Origin: Octopus sinensis
Taxonomy: Eukaryota
Assembly: GCF_006345805.1 (NCBI RefSeq)
Contig: NC_043014.1
Coordinates: forward strand, 13,578,001-13,642,000
Length of the DNA: 64,000 nt
Reading direction: 5' to 3'
Part shown: positions 59,915 to 64,000 of the stretch, piece by piece
Layout of the letters: each line of letters opens with the position of its first letter
Position numbering within the stretch: position 1 is the first letter of the stretch
The notes under the pieces: model-generated
Seen by the model: only the letters and a program-made list of their open reading frames with translations
Databases searched by the model: none
Told to the model about the DNA's origin: nothing
Translations under genes and position numbers: made by a program

Positions 59915-60360
59915 CTTTAACCCTCCAACATGGAGTATAGGCCACTTATAGTTGAATTCCATGTTGCATAATTTTTCACTTCTGTACTAATACTCTGCCA
60001 TAAATGTCCCCCTTTCTCTAGTTCCTTTTGTGTTGATCTACGCCACAAATTCTTAGGCCTACCTCTCTTTCTATATCCATTCGGATTCCACTGTAAAGCA
60101 CTCTTCACTACATTTGGTGTGTCTTTTCTAATTGTGCTACCAATCCACTTCCACTTTTTCTTTAATATTTGCTCCCTAATCGAAACTTGATTTGTTCTTT
60201 GCTATAGCTCCATATTGCTTGTGTTCGGACCATCTAATTCTAAGTATACTACGCAAGCATCTCTTGATGAATGATTGTATTTGCTTATTTCTCAGCCCCA
60301 TACAATAACACTGCTTTTACATTAGTATTAAACATTCTTATTTTGTTCTTTATTGAAATT
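59915..60360 (-). mobile_element. 3' fragment of a different RTE family
   Basis: KSALQWNPNGYRKRGRPKNLWRRS; upstream decayed VLLYG.E and KWKWIG motifs. Confidence 0.8.
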
Positions 60361-60454
60361 ACACTTGCGTTCCATACTTTTGTATCCAATATGTGCAAGG
60401 AAAATTAACCAGTATGTAAATCAGAATAAAATGGCACTTAACTGTTTCATTTAC

Positions 60455-60571
60455 CACATGCATATCATTACAATCATTAAGCAGCACAATCTTTGTCAGA
60501 TGAGTTTCTTCTGATGCAATATATTGCATTTCCTGAATATAAAAAGACATCTTTTTGCCAAGGTGAACACC
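60455..60571 (-). CDS. Exon of LRR/EF-hand-like gene: GVHLGKKMSFYIQEMQYIASEETHLTKIVLLNDCNDMHV
   Basis: ttatcttttacag acceptor, GTG|gtaaat donor, 117 nt, phase 0-0; the joined LSLQGVHLG continues the LRR. Confidence 0.8.
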
Positions 60572-60639
60572 CTGTAAAAGATAATTAATTTAACAATTAT
60601 GTTTATGTTATATCGAGGTAATTGGTGAAATAACTTACT

Positions 60640-61022
60640 TTTTACTCTTTTTCTTGTTTCAGTCATTTGACTGTGGCCATGCTGGAGCACTGCCTTTAAT
60701 CAAGCAACGCGACCCCGGGACTTATTTTGTAAGCTCAGTACTTATTCTATCGGTCTCTTTTGCCGAACCGCTAAGTAATGGGGACGTAAACACACCAGCA
60801 TCGGTTGTCAAGCAATGCTAGGAGGACAAACACACACACGCATATACATATATATACATATATACGATAGGCTTCTTTCAGTTTCCGTCTACCAAATCCA
60901 ATCACAAGGCTTTGGTCAGCCCAAGGCTATAGTAGAAGACACTTGCCCAAGGTGCCACGCAGTGGGACTGAACCCGGAACCATGTGGTTGGTAAACAAGC
61001 TACTTACCACACAGCCACTCCT
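60640..61022 (-). mobile_element. SINE family A
   Basis: Full match. Other partial copies lie near 6485, 9300, 23900-24460, 35500-36830, 53200-53600 and 58270. Confidence 0.9.
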
Positions 61023-61654
61023 TGGTCGTTTTTACGATGATCTTTGGAAGAAAATATTTGTTTCAAATTTTGGTACAAGGCCAGCAATTTCAGGGCAGTG
61101 AGGAAGTCAACTACATTGACCCCAGTGATTAACTGGAGCTTATTTTATCAACCATAAAAGAATGAAAGGCAAAATGAACCTCAGCAGAATTTGAACTCAA
61201 CGTAAAGATGGATGAAATACTGTGAAGCATTTTGCCTGGCATGCTAATCATTCTGCCAGCTCACTGCCTTAATAATAATAATAATAATACAGTAGTGTCC
61301 ACCCTTAAGGGTTAACCACATTTAAGTGGCAAATATACTTCACAATGTTGTGCAGCTACTGTTTATAACTTGCTCAGAGATTTATTAAATAATAATAATA
61401 ATTGTCTGAAATTTTGGCACATGGCTAGGAATTACAGGGGAGGGAGTAAATTAATTACATCGACCATAGTCCTCAGCTGGTACTTATTTTATTGACCCCA
61501 AAAGAATGAAAGACAAATTCAACCTTAGTGGAATTTGAATTCAAAACATAGAGATGGACAAAAGGCTGCTGAGCATTTTCCCAATGTGCTAACAATTCTG
61601 CCGGCTCACTGTGTTGATCTCTGGAACAAATACTAACATGCGAGATATTAACTT

Positions 61655-61835
61655 TGAACACTCTGTACCAGTGGCACGTAAAAAGCACCCAGGCGTTAGG
61701 AAGGGCATCCAGCCGTAGAAACATTGCCAAATCAGACTGGGCCTGGTGCAGTCTTCTGGCTTCCCAGACCCCAGTTGAACCGTCCAACCCATGCTAGCAT
61801 GGAAAGCGGATGCTAAATGATGATGAGGATGATGA
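61655..61835 (+). mobile_element. RTE 3'-end fragment
   Basis: UTR signature and tail. Confidence 0.8.
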
Positions 61836-62190
61836 CTTTAAAAACAGGAAGTTGGTATCATAAAGACAAAGACAGTCTCAGGTGGGTTGGTAACAAAAAA
61901 CTTGAGATAATTCAGAATGGATCTAGTTTGGCATGTTTGGTGGAACCGAGGATAACATATTGCCACAGGTTTTACCCTTTACCATTTAAACTGGCCATAT
62001 CCAGTCAAAATATTCTGCCTGTTTTATGTCTAAACCCAGTAAGATCTTGTCACTTGTGCTAGTCTTACAATAGCATTCTGAAGATAAAGAATCACATCAT
62101 TGAAATCTTGAAACTATGAGATAATGCATGATTACTTCAAATCAATGTGGATAAATATGCATTACATTTGACCTTGTGAAGGCTAGTGAA

Positions 62191-62520
62191 GGCGTATGGC
62201 TCAGTGGTTAGAGTGTCGAGCTTATGATCATGAGGTTGTGAGTTCAAATCCTGGACCAGGCTGTGTGTTGTGTTCTTGAGCAAGACACTTTATTTCATGT
62301 TGTTCCAGTTCACTCAGCTGTAGAAATGAGTTGCGACATCACTGGTGCCAAACTGTATTGGCCTTTGCCTTTCCCTTGGATAATACTGGTGGCATGGAAA
62401 GGGGAGGCTGGTATGCATGGGCGACTACTGGTCTTCCATAAACAACCTTGCCTGGACTTGTGCCTAGGAGGGTAACTTTCAAGGTGCAATCCCATGGTCA
62501 GACATGACTGAAGGGGGTCT
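62191..62520 (+). mobile_element. SINE family D
   Basis: Colinear with 30696-31010. Confidence 0.85.
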
Positions 62521-62739
62521 CAGCTCAGCAACATTTGACCTTGGTTATGTTTGTACTCGGAACGTAAGGATCTGGAAGTAATGCTGTTATACATTTTGTC
62601 TGGTGTGCTAATGATTCTGCCAGCTCATTGCCTTTCTAATTCTTTCTACTATAAGCACAAAGCCTGAAATTTTGGAGGAGGGAGCTAATCAATTACATTG
62701 CCCCCATTGCTCAACTGGTACTAATTTTGTTCCCCCTGA

Positions 62740-63315
62740 AATCAAATTCGATGACTGACATCTGTGCTAGTGGAGCACTAAGAGTACCTATTTCTTTATT
62801 ACCCACAAGGGGCTAAATGTAGAGGGGACAAACAAGGACAGACATAGGTATTAAGTCGATTACATTGACCCCAGTGTGGAGTACCATACAAGCGTGATCG
62901 TTGCCAGAGCAACAAGCTGGCCTCCATGCTGATGGCACGTAGAAAAGCACCATTCGAGCGTGATCATTACCTACATCGCCTTATTGGCACTCGGGCTGGT
63001 GGCACATGAAAAGACATTCGAACAAGGTCGTTGCCAGTGCCACTGGACTGGCTCCTGTGCAGGTGGCACATAAAAAGCATCATTGAGCATGGCCGTTGCC
63101 AGTACTGCCTGACTGGCCCTCGTGCTGGTGGCACGTAAAAGCACCCACTACACTCTCGGAGTGGTTGGCGTTAGGAAGGGCATCCAGCTGTAGAAACTCT
63201 GCCAGATCAGATTGGAGTCTGGTGCAGCCATCTGGTTCGCTAGACCTCAGTCAAATTGTCCAACCCATGCTAGCATGGAAAGCGGACGTTAAACAATGAT
63301 GATGATGATGATAAT
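62740..63315 (+). mobile_element. RTE 3' UTR fragment with a SINE piece inserted at ~62790-62878
   Basis: UTR repeats, signature and tail. Confidence 0.8.
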
Positions 63316-63583
63316 GACCTCAAAGGACAAAAAGCAAAGTCAGCCTGAGTAGCTCTTGAACTAAGAACATGGAGAACCAGATGAAACACCACTAAACATT
63401 TTCCCCAGCATACTAACAATTCTGCCATCTCACCAACTTCTCACGACAGTAAGTAACAACATACTAACAACGCAAAGAGAGAAATTATGAATGACACAAT
63501 ATGATGAATTTGGAAAGTTCTGGAAGAATGAAGAGAAAGAGTAGCAATGAAATCAATTAATTAGACCTTACTGTATTACATAC

Positions 63584-63673
63584 CTGTAAAGAGAGTAGCA
63601 TGAGGCTGCTATGGCCTAAGCACAGTTGGATGAAGGGTCTGGTGTTGTCATCACGAATAGTATTGTTGTCTAA
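63584..63673 (-). CDS. Exon of LRR/EF-hand-like gene (LRRC74A-like?): LDNNTIRDDNTRPFIQLCLGHSSLMLLSLQ
   Basis: tcttgttctttctgtgacag acceptor, CAG|gtatgt donor, 90 nt, phase 0-0, RI-type LRR pattern. Confidence 0.8.
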
Positions 63674-64000
63674 CTGTCACAGAAAGAACAAGATGGTTAA
63701 TTACACACAAACACATACATAACAGATATAGGTTTGTGTGTATGCATATGTATATAGAGATAAACAAATGTATGTAAATATCAATATATATATGTATATA
63801 GTGTGTGTATATAAATACATACAGATATATGTACAGGGTGGGCCAAAACACACACACAAAATAAGTTCAATATGTTCAGAAGTTTATCAAAGAGATGCTT
63901 CAGTTTTTTTTAAATTGAATAAAATAATGAATACACATGTACATGTATATGATGAACAAAAATAATAATAATAATAATAATAACAATATAATAATAATAA

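Overview
AT-rich, microsatellite- and retroposon-dense animal genomic DNA. The SINE/RTE repertoire looks like octopus/coleoid cephalopod (inference, no search run). Two genes end in this window, tail to tail. On the + strand are the last four coding exons of dynamin-1-like protein (Drp1/DNM1L): 4904-5095, 12435-12495, 29603-29814 and 31991-32047 (stop). On the - strand are five in-phase exons of an LRR + EF-hand-like gene, possibly LRRC74A-like: 63673-63584, 60571-60455, 58165-58007, 53836-53775 and 50734-50647 (stop). The ORF track shows only parts of this second gene. The rest is repeat-derived. It holds RTE LINEs (a 2.7-kb open ORF with a PHD-type finger inside the RT, plus a near-identical inverted copy), many RTE 3' ends, about five tRNA-derived SINE families, a near-intact DD34D mariner, and Tc1/DD41D/pogo/piggyBac/hAT remnants and MITEs. 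The most notable signal is a set of type I hammerhead-ribozyme motifs in several unrelated short elements. These abut (TA)n tracts and often form direct, inverted or direct+inverted repeats, the architecture of Penelope-like pseudo-LTRs and retrozymes. Exon, TIR/TSD and ribozyme coordinates were counted by hand; repeat boundaries are approximate (about +/-20 bp).
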